Part shown: positions 52,501-64,000 of the stretch, one piece after another
Position numbering within the stretch: position 1 is the stretch's first letter
Layout: the number at the start of each line of letters is the position of its first letter
Assembly (NCBI GenBank): GCA_002189035.1
Contig: NEEC01000199.1
Location: 1-64,000 of the forward strand
Length of the DNA stretch: 64,000 bases
Direction of reading: 5' to 3'
From: Utricularia gibba
Lineage: Eukaryota; Plantae; Magnoliophyta
The notes under the pieces: model-generated
What the model was told of the DNA's origin: nothing
Database searches by the model: none
What the model saw: the letters and a program-made list of their open reading frames with translations, nothing else
Made by a program: the position numbers and the translations under genes

Positions 52501-55500
52501 GTGATTTTCGCCTTGCAAAACATCTGTGTTTTATTGGGTGACGTGAAGTATGGGTTTTCGAGGCGATCTCTGAACAAGCTCTGTGTGTCCCCTACCCGCA
52601 GCCTCATGGTGGCCTCGCACACCGTTCGGTATTTCGGCGATATCTGAAGATGATGAGTCACGCTGCGCCCGGCATACGTTTCGAACCCCTTTCCGTGCCG
52701 GTCAGCTTCCGTGTTGAAAGCATCTTCGTCCGAGGATGCATCAGAGCTCGAATTATCGCCTTATATTAGCCTTCAGATGTGCCACAAATTGGCCACCACG
52801 TTCGCGACGATGCGACTCGGAACACGAGAATCGACGCGATTGTGATTTTCGGCTTGCAAAACATCTGCGTTTTATTGGGTGACGTGAAGTATGGGTTTTC
52901 GAGCGATCTCTGAACAAGCTCTGGGTGTGTTCCTACCCGCAGCCTCATGGTGGCCTCGCACACCGTTCGGTATTTCGGCGATATCTGAAAAAGTGATGAG
53001 TCACGCTGCGCCGGCATACCGTTTCGAACCCCTTTCCGTGCCGGTCAGCTTCCGTGTTGAAAGCATCTTCGTCCGAGGATGCATCAGAGCTCGAATTATC
53101 GCCTTATATTAGCCTTCAGATGTGCCACAAATTGGCCACCACGTTCGCGACGATGCGACTCGGAACACGAGAATCGACGCGATTGTGATTTTCGCCTTGC
53201 AAAACATCTGTGTTTTATTGGGTGACGTGAAGTATGGGTTTTCGAGGCGATCTCTGAACAAGCTCTAGGTGTGTTCCTACCCGCAGCCTCATGGTGGCCT
53301 CGCACACCGTTCGGCATCGTCGATATCTTGAAGATCAAGATGAGTCACGCTGCGCCCGGCATACCGTTTCGAAGCCCGTTCCGTGCCGGTCAGCTTCCGT
53401 GTTGAAAGCATCTTCGTCCGAGGATGCATCAGAGCTCGAATTATCGCCTTATATTAGCCTTCAGATGTGCCACAAATTGGCCACCACGTTCGCGACGATG
53501 CGACTCGGAACACGAGAATCGACGCGATTGTGATTTTCGCCTTGCAAAACATCTGCGTTTTATTGGGTGACGTGAAGTATGGGTTTTCGAGGCGATCTCT
53601 GAACAAGCTCTGGTGTGTCCTACCCGCAGCCTCATGGTGGCCTCGCACACCGTTCGGCATCTCGTCGATATCTTGAAGATCAAGATGAGTCACGCTGCGC
53701 CCGGCATACCGTTTCGAACCCTTCCGTGCGGTCAGCTTCCGTGTTGAAAGCATCTTCGTCCGAGGATGCATCAGAGCTCGAATTATCGCCTTATATTAGC
53801 CTTCAGATGTGCCACAAATTGGCCACCACGTTCGCGACGATGCGACTCGGAACACGAGAATCGACGCGATTGTGATTTTCGCCTTGCAAAACATCTACGT
53901 TTTATTGGGTGACGTGAAGTATGGGTTTTCGAGGCGATCTCTGAACAAGCTCTAGGTGTGTTCCTACCCGCAGCCTCATGGTGGCCTCGCACACCGTTCG
54001 GCATCTCGTCGATATCTTGAAGATCAAGATGAGTCACGCTGCGCCCGGCATACCGTTTCGAACCCTTTCCGTGCCGGTCAGCTTCCGTGTTGAAAGCATC
54101 TTCGTCCGAGGATGCATCAGAGCTCGAATTATCGCCTTATATAGCCTTCAGATGTGCCACAAATTGGCCACCACGTTCGCGACGATGCGACTCGGAACAC
54201 GAGAATCGACGCGATTGTGATTTTCGCCTTGCAAAACATCTGTGTTTTATTGGGTGACGTGAAGTATGGGTTTTCGAGCGATCTCTGAACAAGCTCTGGG
54301 TGTGTCCCTACCCGCAGCCTCATGGTGGCCTCGCACACCGTTCGGTATTTCGGCGATATCTGAAATGATGAGTCACGCTGCGCCGGCATACCGTTTCGAA
54401 CCCCTTTCCGTGCCGGTCAGCTTCCGTGTTGAAAGCATCTTCGTCCGAGGATGCATCAGAGCTCGAATTATCGCCTTATATTAGCCTTCAGATGTGCCAC
54501 AAATTGGCCACCACGTTCGCGACGATGAGTTTCGGAACACGAGAATCGACGCGATTGTGATTTTCGCTTGCAAAAGATCTGCGTTTTATTGGATGACGTG
54601 AAGTATGGGTTTTCGAGCGATCTCTGAACAAGCTCTGGGTGTGTCCCTACCCGCAGCCTCATGGTGGCCTCGCACACCGTTCGGTATTTCGTCGATATCT
54701 TGAAAGTGATGAGTCACGCTGCGCGGCATACCGTTTCGAACCCCTTTCCGTGCCGGTCAGCTTCCGTGTTGAAAGCTCTTCGTCCGAGGATGCATCAGAG
54801 CTCGAATTATCGCCTTATATTAGCCTTCAGATGTGCCACAAATTGGCCACCACGTTCGCGACGATGCGACTCGGAACACGAGAATCGACGCGATTGTGAT
54901 TTTCGCCTTGCAAAACATCTGCGTTTTATTGGGTGACGTGAAGTATGGGTTTTCGAGGCGATCTCTGAACAAGCTCTAGGTGTGTTCCTACCCGCAGCCT
55001 CATGGTGGCCTCGCACACCGTTCGGCATCTCGTCGATATCTTGAAGATCAAGATGAGTCACGCTGCGCCCGGCATACCGTTTCGAACCCGTTCCGTGCCG
55101 GTCAGCTTCCGTGTTTGAAAGCATCTTCGTCCGAGGATGCATCAGAGCTCGAATTATCGCCTTATATTAGCCTTCAGATGTGCCACAAATTGGCCACCAC
55201 GTTCGCGACGATGCGACTCGGAACACGAGAATCGACGCGATTGTGATTTTCGCCTTGCAAAACATCTGTGTTTTATTGGGTGACGTGAAGTATGGGTTTT
55301 CGAGGCGATCTCTGAACAAGCTCTAGGTGTGTTCCTACCCGCAGCCTCATGGTGGCCTCGCACACCGTTCGGCATCTCGTCGATATCTTGAAGATCAAGA
55401 TGAGTCACGCTGCGCCCGGCATACCGTTTCGAACCCGTTCCGTACCGGTCAGCTTCCGTGTTGAAAGCATCTTCGTCCGAGGATGCATCAGAGCTCGAAT

Positions 55501-57935
55501 TATCGCCTTATATTAGCCTTCAGATGTGCCACAAATTGGCCACCACGTTCGCGACGATGCGACTCGGAACACAAGAATCGACGCGATTGTGATTTTCGCC
55601 TTGCAAAACATCTACGTTTTATTGGGTGACGTGAAGTATGGGTTTTCGAGGCGATCTCTGAACAAGCTCTAGGTGTGTTCCTACCCGCAGCCTCATGGTG
55701 GCCTCGCACACCGTTCGGCATCTCGTCGATATCTTGAAAATCAAGATGAGTCACGCTGCGCCGGCATACCGTTTCGAACCCGTTCCGTGCCGGTCAGCTT
55801 CCGTGTTGAAAGCATCTTCGTCCGAGGATGCATCAGAGCTCGAATTATCGCCTTATATTAGCCTTCAGATGTGCCACAAATTGGCCACCACGTTCGCGAC
55901 GATGCGACTCGGAACACGAGAATCGACGCGATTGTGATTTTCGCCTTGCAAAACATCTGTGTTTTATTGGTGACGTGAAGTATGGGTTTTCGAGCGATCT
56001 CTGAACAAGCTCTGGGTGTGTCCCTACCCGCAGCCTCATGGTGGCCTCGCACACCGTTCGGATTTCGGCGATATCTTGAAAAGTGATGAGTCACGCTGCG
56101 CCGGCATACCGTTTCGAACCCTTTCCGTGCCGGTCAGCTTCCGTGTTGAAAGCATCTTCGTCCGAGGATGCATCAGAGCTCGAATTATCGCCTTATATTA
56201 GCCTTCAGATGTGCCACAAATTGGCCACCACGTTCGCGACGATGAGTTTCGGAACACGAGAATCGACGCGATTGTGATTTTCGCTTGCAAAAGATCTGCG
56301 TTTTATTGGGTGACGTGAAGTATGGGTTTTCGAGGCGATCTCTGAACAAGCTCTGGTGTGTTCCTACCCGCAGCCTCATGGTGGCCTCGCACACCGTTCG
56401 GTATCTCGTCGATATCTTGAAAATCAAGATGAGTCACGCTGCGCCGGGCATACCGTTTCGAACCCCTTTCCGTGCCGGTCAGCTTCCGTGTTGAAAGCAT
56501 CTTCGTCCGAGGATGCATCAGAGCTCGAATTATCGCCTTATATAGCCTTCAGATGTGCCACAAATTGGCCACCACGTTCGCGACGATGCGACTCGGAACA
56601 CGAGAATCGACGCGATTGTGATTTTCGCCTTGCAAAACATCTGTGTTTTATTGGGTGACGTGAAGTATGGGTTTTCGAGGCGATCTCTGAACAAGCTCTA
56701 GGTGTGTTCCTACCCGCAGCCTCATGGTGGCCTCGCACACCGTTCGGCATCTCGTCGATATCTTGAAGATCAAGATGAGTCACGCTGCGCCCGGCATACC
56801 GTTTCGAAGCCCGTTCCGTACCGGTCAGCTTCCGTGTTGAAAGCATCTTCGTCCGAGGATGCATCAGAGCTCGAATTATCGCCTTATATTAGCCTTCAGA
56901 TGTGCCACAAATTGGCCACCACGTTCGCGACGATGCGACTCGGAACACGAGAATCGACGCGATTGTGATTTTCGCCTTGCAAAACATCTACGTTTTATTG
57001 GGTGACGTGAAGTATGGGTTTTCGAGGCGATCTCTGAACAAGCTCTAGGTGTGTCCTACCCGCAGCCTCATGGTGGCCTCGCACACCGTTCGGCATCTCG
57101 TCGATATCTTGAAGATCAAGATGAGTCACGCTGCGCCCGGCATACCGTTTCGAACCCCTTTCCGTGCCGGTCAGCTTCCGTGTTGAAAGCATCTTCGTCC
57201 GAGGATGCATCAGAGCTCGAATTATCGCCTTATATTAGCCTTCAGATGTGCCACAAATTGGCCACCACGTTCGCGACGATGAGTTTCGGAACACGAGAAT
57301 CGACGCGATTGTGATTTTCGGCTTGCAAAAGATCTGCGTTTTATTGGATGACGTGAAGTATGGGTTTTCGATGCGATCTCTGAACAAGCTCTGGGTGTGT
57401 CCCTACCCGCAGCCTCATGTGGCCTCGCACACCGTTCGGTATTCGGCGATATCTGAAAACCGTGATGAGTCACGCTGCGCCGGCATACCGTTTCGAACCC
57501 CTTTCCGTGCCGGTCAGCTTCCGTGTTGAAAGCATCTTCGTCCGAGGATGCATCAGAGCTCGAATTATCGCCTTATATTAGCCTTCAGATGTGCCCACAA
57601 TTGGCCACCACGTTCGCGACGATGCGACTCGGAACACGAGAATCGACGCGATTGTGATTTTCGCCTTGCAAAACATCTACGTTTTATTGGGTGACGTGAA
57701 GTATGGGTTTTCGAGGCGATCTCTGAACAAGCTCTAGGTGTGTTCCTACCCGCAGCCTCATGGTGGCCTCGCACACCGTTCGGCATCTCGTCGATATCTT
57801 GAAGATCAAGATGAGTCACGCTGCGCCCGGCATACCGTTTCGAAGCCCGTTCCGTGCCGGTCAGCTTCCGTGTTGAAAGCATCTTCGTCCGAGGATGCAT
57901 CAGAGCTCGAATTATCGCCTTATATTAGCCTTCAG

Positions 57936-58282
57936 ATGTGCCACAAATTGGCCACCACGTTCGCGACGATGCGACTCGGAACACGAGAATCGACGCGATT
58001 GTGATTTTCGCCTTGCAAAACATCTGCGTTTTATTGGGTGACGTGAAGTATGGGTTTTCGAGGCGATCTCTGAACAAGCTCTAGGTGTGTTCCTACCCGC
58101 AGCCTCATGGTGGCCTCGCACACCGTTCGGCATCTCGTCGATATCTTGAAGATCAAGATGAGTCACGCTGCGCCCGGCATACCGTTTCGAACCCCTTTCC
58201 GTGCCGGTCAGCTTCCGTGTTGAAAGCATCTTCGTCCGAGGATGCATCAGAGCTCGAATTATCGCCTTATATTAGCCTTCAG
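57936..58282. repeat. Representative full-length 347-bp monomer (Q type, A tail)
   Basis: Anchor-to-anchor interval 57936-58283 is exactly 347 bp with no apparent indel errors. It starts atgtgccacaaattggccaccacg and ends gaattatcgccttatattagccttcag. Confidence 0.97.
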
Positions 58283-58624
58283 ATGTGCCACAAATTGGCC
58301 ACCACGTTCGCGACGATGAGTTTCGGAACACGAGAATCGACGCGATTGTGATTTTCGGCTTGCAAAAGATCTGCGTTTTATTGGATGACGTGAAGTATGG
58401 GTTTTCGAGCGATCTCTGAACAAGCTCTGGTGTGTCCTACCCGCAGCCTCATGGTGGCCTCGCACACCGTTCGGTATTTCGGCGATATCCTGAAAACCGT
58501 GATGAGTCACGCTGCGCCGGCATACCGTTTCGAACCCCTTTCCGTGCCGGTCAGCTTCCGTGTTGAAAGCATCTTCGTCCGAGGATGCATCAGAGCTCGA
58601 ATTATCGCCTTATATAGCCTTCAG

Positions 58625-58923
58625 ATGTGCCACAAATTGGCCACCACGTTCGCGACGATGCGACTCGGAACACAAGAATCGACGCGATTGTGATTTTCGC
58701 CTTGCAAAACATCTACGTTTTATTGGGTGACGTGAAGTATGGGTTTTCGAGGCGATCTCTGAACAAGCTCTAGGTGTGTTCCTACCCGCAGCCTCATGGT
58801 GGCCTCGCACCGTTCGGCATCATCGTTTCGAAGCCCGTTCCGAGCCGGTCATCTTCCGTGTTGAAAGCTTCTTCGTCCGAGGATGCATCAGAGCTCGAAT
58901 TATCGCCTTATCTTAGCCTTCAG
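58625..58923. repeat. Truncated monomer (299 bp, 47-bp deletion between cggcat repeats)
   Basis: 58811-58830 reads cgttcggcatcatcgtttcg; the segment ctcgtcgatatc...gcgcccggcat is missing. Confidence 0.88.
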
Positions 58924-61900
58924 ATGTGCCACAAATTGGCCACCACGTTCGCGACGATGCGACTCGGAACACGAGAATCGACGCGATTGTGATTTTCGGC
59001 TTGCAAAACATCTGTGTTTTATTGGGTGACGTGAAGTATGGGTTTTCGAGCGATCTCTGAACAAGCTCTGGGTGTGTCCTACCCGCAGCCTCATGGTGGC
59101 CTCGCACACCCGTTCGGCATCTCGTCGTATCTTGAAGATCAAGATGAGTCACGCCGCGCCCGCATACCGTTTCGAAGCCCGTTCCGAGCCGGTCATCTTC
59201 CGTGTTGAAAGCATCTTCGTCCGAGGATGCATCAGAGCTCGAATTATCGCCTTATCTTAGCCTTCAGATGTGCCACAAATTGGCACCACGTTCGCGACGA
59301 TGAGTTTCGGAACACGAGAATCGACGCGATAGTGATTTTCGGCTTGCAAAAGATCTGCGTTTTATTGGATGACGTGAAGTATGGGTTTTCGATGCGATCT
59401 CTGAACAAGCTCTGGGTGTGTCCCTACCCGCAGCCTCATGGTGGCCTCGCACACCGTTCGGTATTTCGGCGATATCCTGAAAACCGTGATGAGTCACGCT
59501 GCGCTCGGCATACCGTTTCGAACCCCTTTCCGTGCCGGTCAGCTTCCGTGTTGAAAGCATCTTCGTCCGAGGATGCATCAGAGCTCGAATTATCGCCTTA
59601 TATTAGCCTTCAGATGTGCCACAAATTGGCCACCACGTTCGCGACGATGCGACTCGGAACACGAGAATCGACGCGATTGTGATTTTCGCCTTGCAAAACA
59701 TCTGCGTTTTATGGGTGACGTGAAGTATGGGTTTTCGAGCGATCTCTGAACAAGCTCTGGGTGTGTCCCTACCCGCAGCCTCATGGTGGCCTCGCACACC
59801 GTTCGGCATTCGTCGATATCTTGAAAATCAAGATGAGTCACGCTGCGCCCGGCATACCGTTTCGAACCCTTTCCGTGCCGGTCAGCTTCCGTGTTGAAAG
59901 CATCTTCGTCCGAGGATGCATCAGAGCTCGAATTATCGCCTTATATTAGCCTTCAGATGTGCCACAAATTGGCCACCACGTTCGCGACGATGCGACTCGG
60001 AACACGAGAATCGACGCGATTGTGATTTTCGCCTTGCAAAACATCTGCGTTTTATTGGTGACGTGAAGTATGGGTTTTCGAGGCGATCTCTGAACAAGCT
60101 CTGGTGTGTTCCTACCCGCAGCCTCATGGTGGCCTCGCACACCGTTCGGCATTCGTCGATATCTGAAGATCAAGATGAGTCACGCTGCGCCCGGCATACC
60201 GTTTCGAACCCCTTTCCGTGCCGGTCAGCTTCCGTGTTGAAAGCATCTTCGTCCGAGGATGCATCAGAGCTCGAATTATCGCCTTATATAGCCTTCAGAT
60301 GTGCCACAAATTGGCCACCACGTTCGCGACGATGCGACTCGGAACACGAGAATCGACGCGATTGTGATTTTCGCTTGCAAAACATCTGCGTTTTATTGGG
60401 TGACGTGAAGTATGGGTTTTCGAGGCGATCTCTGAACAAGCTCTGGGTGTGTCCTACCCGCAGCCTCATGGTGGCCTCGCACACCGTTCGGCATTTCGGC
60501 GATATCTTGAAATCAAGATGAGTCACGCTGCGCCCGGCATACCGTTTCGAACCCCTTTCCGTGCCGGTCAGCTTCCGTGTTGAAAGCATCTTCGTCCGAG
60601 GATGCATCAGAGCTCGAATTATCGCCTTATATTAGCCTTCAGATGTGCCACAAATTGGCCACCACGTTCGCGACGATGCGACTCGGAACACGAGAATCGA
60701 CGCGATTGTGATTTTCGCCTTGCAAAACATCTGCGTTTTATTGGGTGACGTGAAGTATGGGTTTTCGAGGCGATCTCTGAACAAGCTCTGGTGTGTTCCT
60801 ACCCGCAGCCTCATGGTGGCCTCGCACACCGTTCGGCATTTCGTCGATATCTTGAAAATCAAGATGAGTCACGCTGCGCCCGGCATACCGTTTCGAACCC
60901 CTTTCCGTGCCGGTCAGCTTCCGTGTTGAAAGCATCTTCGTCCGAGGATGCATCAGAGCTCGAATTATCGCCTTATATTAGCCTTCAGATGTGCCACAAA
61001 TTGGCCACCACGTTCGCGACGATGCGTTTCGGAACACGAGAATCGACGCGATTGTGATTTTCGGCTTGCAAAAGATCTGCGTTTTATTGGGTGACGTGAA
61101 GTATGGGTTTTCGAGCGATCTCTGAACAAGCTCTGGGTGTGTCCCTACCCGCAGCCTCATGGTGGCCTCGCACACCGTTCGGTATTTCGGCGATATCTGA
61201 AGTGATGAGTCACGCTGCGCCGCATACCGTTTCGAACCCCTTTCCGTGCCGGTCAGCTTCCGTGTTGAAAGCATCTTCGTCCGAGGATGCATCAGAGCTC
61301 GAATTATCGCCTTATATTAGCCTTCAGATGTGCCACAAATTGGCCACCACGTTCGCGACGATGCGACTCGGAACACGAGAATCGACGCGATTGTGATTTT
61401 CGCTTGCAAAACATCTGCGTTTTATTGGGTGACGTGAAGTATGGGTTTTCGAGGCGATCTCTGAACAAGCTCTAGGTGTGTTCCTACCCGCAGCCTCATG
61501 GTGGCCTCGCACACCGTTCGGCATTCGTCGATATCTGAAAATGATGAGTCACGCTGCGCCCGGCATACCGTTTCGAACCCTTCCGTGCCGGTCAGCTTCC
61601 GTGTTGAAAGCATCTTCGTCCGAGGATGCATCAGAGCTCGAATTATCGCCTTATATTAGCCTTCAGATGTGCCACAAATTGGCCACCACGTTCGCGACGA
61701 TGCGACTCGGAACACGAGAATCGACGCGATTGTGATTTTCGCCTTGCAAAATCTGTTTTATTGGGTGACGTGAAGTATGGGTTTTCGAGGCGATCTCTGA
61801 ACAAGCTCTGGTGTGTCCCTACCCGCAGCCTCATGGTGGCCTCGCACACCGTTCGGTATTTCGGCGATATCTGAAAAGATGAGTCACGCTGCGCCGGCAT

Positions 61901-64000
61901 ACCGTTTCGAACCCCTTTCCGTGCCGGTCAGCTTCCGTGTTGAAAGCATCTTCGTCCGAGGATGCATCAGAGCTCGAATTATCGCCTTATATTGCCTTCA
62001 GATGTGCCACAAATTGGCCACCACGTTCGCGACGATGCGACTCGGAACACGAGAATCGACGCGATTGTGATTTTCGCCTTGCAAAACATCTGTGTTTTAT
62101 TGGTGACGTGAAGTATGGGTTTTCGAGCGATCTCTGAACAAGCTCTGGGTGTGTCCCTACCCGCAGCCTCATGGTGGCCTTTTTTCGGCATTCGTCGATA
62201 TCTTGAAATCAAGATGAGTCACGCTGCGCCCGGCATACCGTTTCGAACCCCTTCCGTGCCGGTCAGCTTCCGTGTTGAAAGCATCTTCGTCCGAGGATGC
62301 ATCAGAGCTCGAATTATCGCCTTATTTAGCCTTCAGATGTGCCACAAATTGGCCACCACGTTCGCGACGATGCGACTCGGAACACGAGAATCGACGCGAT
62401 TGTGATTTTCGCTTGCAAAATCTGCGTTTTATTGGATGACGTGAAGTATGGGTTTTCGAGCGATCTCTGAACAAGCTCTGGGTGTGTCCCTACCCGCAGC
62501 CTCATGGTGGCCTCGCACACCGTTCGGCATTCGGCGATATCTGAAAAAATGAGTCACGCTGCGCCGGCATACCGTTTCGAACCCCTTTCCGTGCCGGTCA
62601 GCTTCCGTGTTGAAAGCATCTTCGTCCGAGGATGCATCAGAGCTCGAATTATCGCCTTATATTAGCCTTCAGATGTGCCACAAATTGGCCACCACGTTCG
62701 CGACGATGAGTTTCGGAACACGAGAATCGACGCGATTGTGATTTTCGGCTTGCAAAAGATCTGCGTTTTATTGGATGACGTGAAGTATGGGTTTTCGAGG
62801 CGATCTCTGAACAAGCTCTGGGTGTGTCCTACCGCAGCCTCATGGTGGCCTCGCACACCGTTCGGTATTCGGCGATATCTGAAAACCGTGATGAGTCACG
62901 CTGCGCCGGCATACCGTTTCGAACCCTTTCCGTGCCGGTCAGCTTCCGTGTTGAAAGCATCTTCGTCCGAGGATGCATCAGAGCTCGAATTATCGCCTTA
63001 TATTAGCCTTCAGATGTGCCACAAATTGGCCACCACGTTCGCGACGATGAGTTTCGGAACACGAGAATCGACGCGATTGTGATTTTCGCTTGCAAAAGAT
63101 CTGCGTTTTATTGGATGACGTGAAGTATGGGTTTTCGATGCGATCTCTGAACAAGCTCTGGTGTGTCCCTACCCGCAGCCTCATGGTGGCCTCGCACACC
63201 GTTCGGTATTCGGCGATATCTGAAAACCGTGATGAGTCACGCTGCGCCGGCATACCGTTTCGAACCCCTTTCCGTGCCGGTCAGCTTCCGTGTTGAAAGC
63301 ATCTTCGTCCGAGGATGCATCAGAGCTCGAATTATCGCCTTATATAGCCTTCAGATGTGCCACAAATTGGCCACCACGTTCGCGACGATGCGACTCGGAA
63401 CACGAGAATCGACGCGATTGTGATTTTCGCCTTGCAAAACATCTGCGTTTTATTGGATGACGTGAAGTATGGGTTTTCGAGGCGATCTCTGAACAAGCTC
63501 TGGGTGTTCCTACCCGCAGCCTCATGGTGGCCTCGCACACCGTTCGGTATTTCGGCGATATCCTGAAAACCGTGATGAGTCACGCTGCGCCGGCATACCG
63601 TTTCGAACCCCTTTCCGTGCCGGTCAGCTTCCGTGTTGAAAGCATCTTCGTCCGAGGATGCATCAGAGCTCGAATTATCGCCTTATATTAGCCTTCAGAT
63701 GTGCCACAAATTGGCCACCACGTTCGCGACGATGCGACTCGGAACACGAGAATCGACGCGATTGTGATTTTCGCCTTGCAAAACATCTGCGTTTTATTGG
63801 GTGACGTGAAGTATGGGTTTTCGAGGCGATCTCTGAACAAGCTCTGGTGTGTTCCTACCCGCAGCCTCATGGTGGCCTCGCACACCGTTCGGCATTCGTC
63901 GATATCTTGAAGATCAAGATGAGTCACGCTGCGCCCGGCATACCGTTTCGAACCCTTCCGTGCCGGTCAGCTTCCGTGTTGAAAGCATCTTCGTCCGAGG

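Larger units (their letters stand above)
56209..60298. repeat. P-Q-Q trimer HOR run (four units of about 1.03 kb)
   Basis: Heads reading gAgtttcgg at 56209, 57246, 58283 and 59268 are each followed by two Q monomers. The third unit is shortened by the 47-bp deletion. Confidence 0.75.
1..64000. repeat. Tandem satellite DNA array, 347-bp monomer, about 186 copies, single orientation
   Basis: The anchor ATGTGCCAC recurs at 81, 423, 762, 1106, 1452, 1799 ... 63355, 63699 (186 anchors plus one deleted copy). Clean intervals are 345-347 bp and the mean is about 342 bp. No unique sequence interrupts the array, which runs off both window ends. Confidence 0.99.

Noticed and set aside
58005-58058. Phased A/T tracts (DNA curvature)
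   Set aside because: The tracts are about 12 bp apart and few, so they are not in 10.5-bp helical phase.
62176-62190. ggccttttttcggca replacing ggcctcgcacaccgttcggca
   Set aside because: A single-copy homopolymer smear typical of a sequencing error, not a poly-A/T retro-insertion.
57-63927. Hundreds of 60-257 aa ORFs on both strands (longest 14498-15271)
   Set aside because: The same low-information peptides recur once per monomer in all six frames. Their lengths depend on random indels, and I recognise no domain.
1-64000. CRISPR array
   Set aside because: The entire 347 bp is repeated; there are no unique spacers and no cas genes.
1-64000. Assignment to a known family of similar length (for example grass 340-365 bp satellites)
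   Set aside because: Length similarity only; I cannot verify sequence homology without a search.

Overview
The whole 64 kb window is one uninterrupted head-to-tail tandem satellite array with no strand switch: about 186 copies of a 347-bp monomer (52.7% GC, 34 CpG per monomer, CpG O/E about 1.4, hand-counted on a full-length Q monomer). It looks eukaryotic; the organism cannot be assigned. I found no supportable gene, RNA gene, transposon or CRISPR array, and the ORF track only reflects the repeat. Monomers fall into two tail subfamilies (A, B) arranged in changing higher-order repeats (HORs). The left domain (1-27916) is built on a G-H-I-J-K pentamer that often collapses to tetramers. An abrupt boundary coincides with a 100-bp deletion. 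A transition zone with 4-mer periodicity follows, then a right domain of P-Q dimers and P-Q-Q trimers. The monomer contains long imperfect fold-backs and, on the minus strand, a degenerate hammerhead-like motif (speculative). Recurrent variants are often C>T/G>A at CpG, some at CHG. Frequent 1-bp deletions (mean spacing about 342 bp) suggest a noisy long-read consensus, so single-copy oddities need read-level checks. Monomer labels are my own, and all typing was done by eye.
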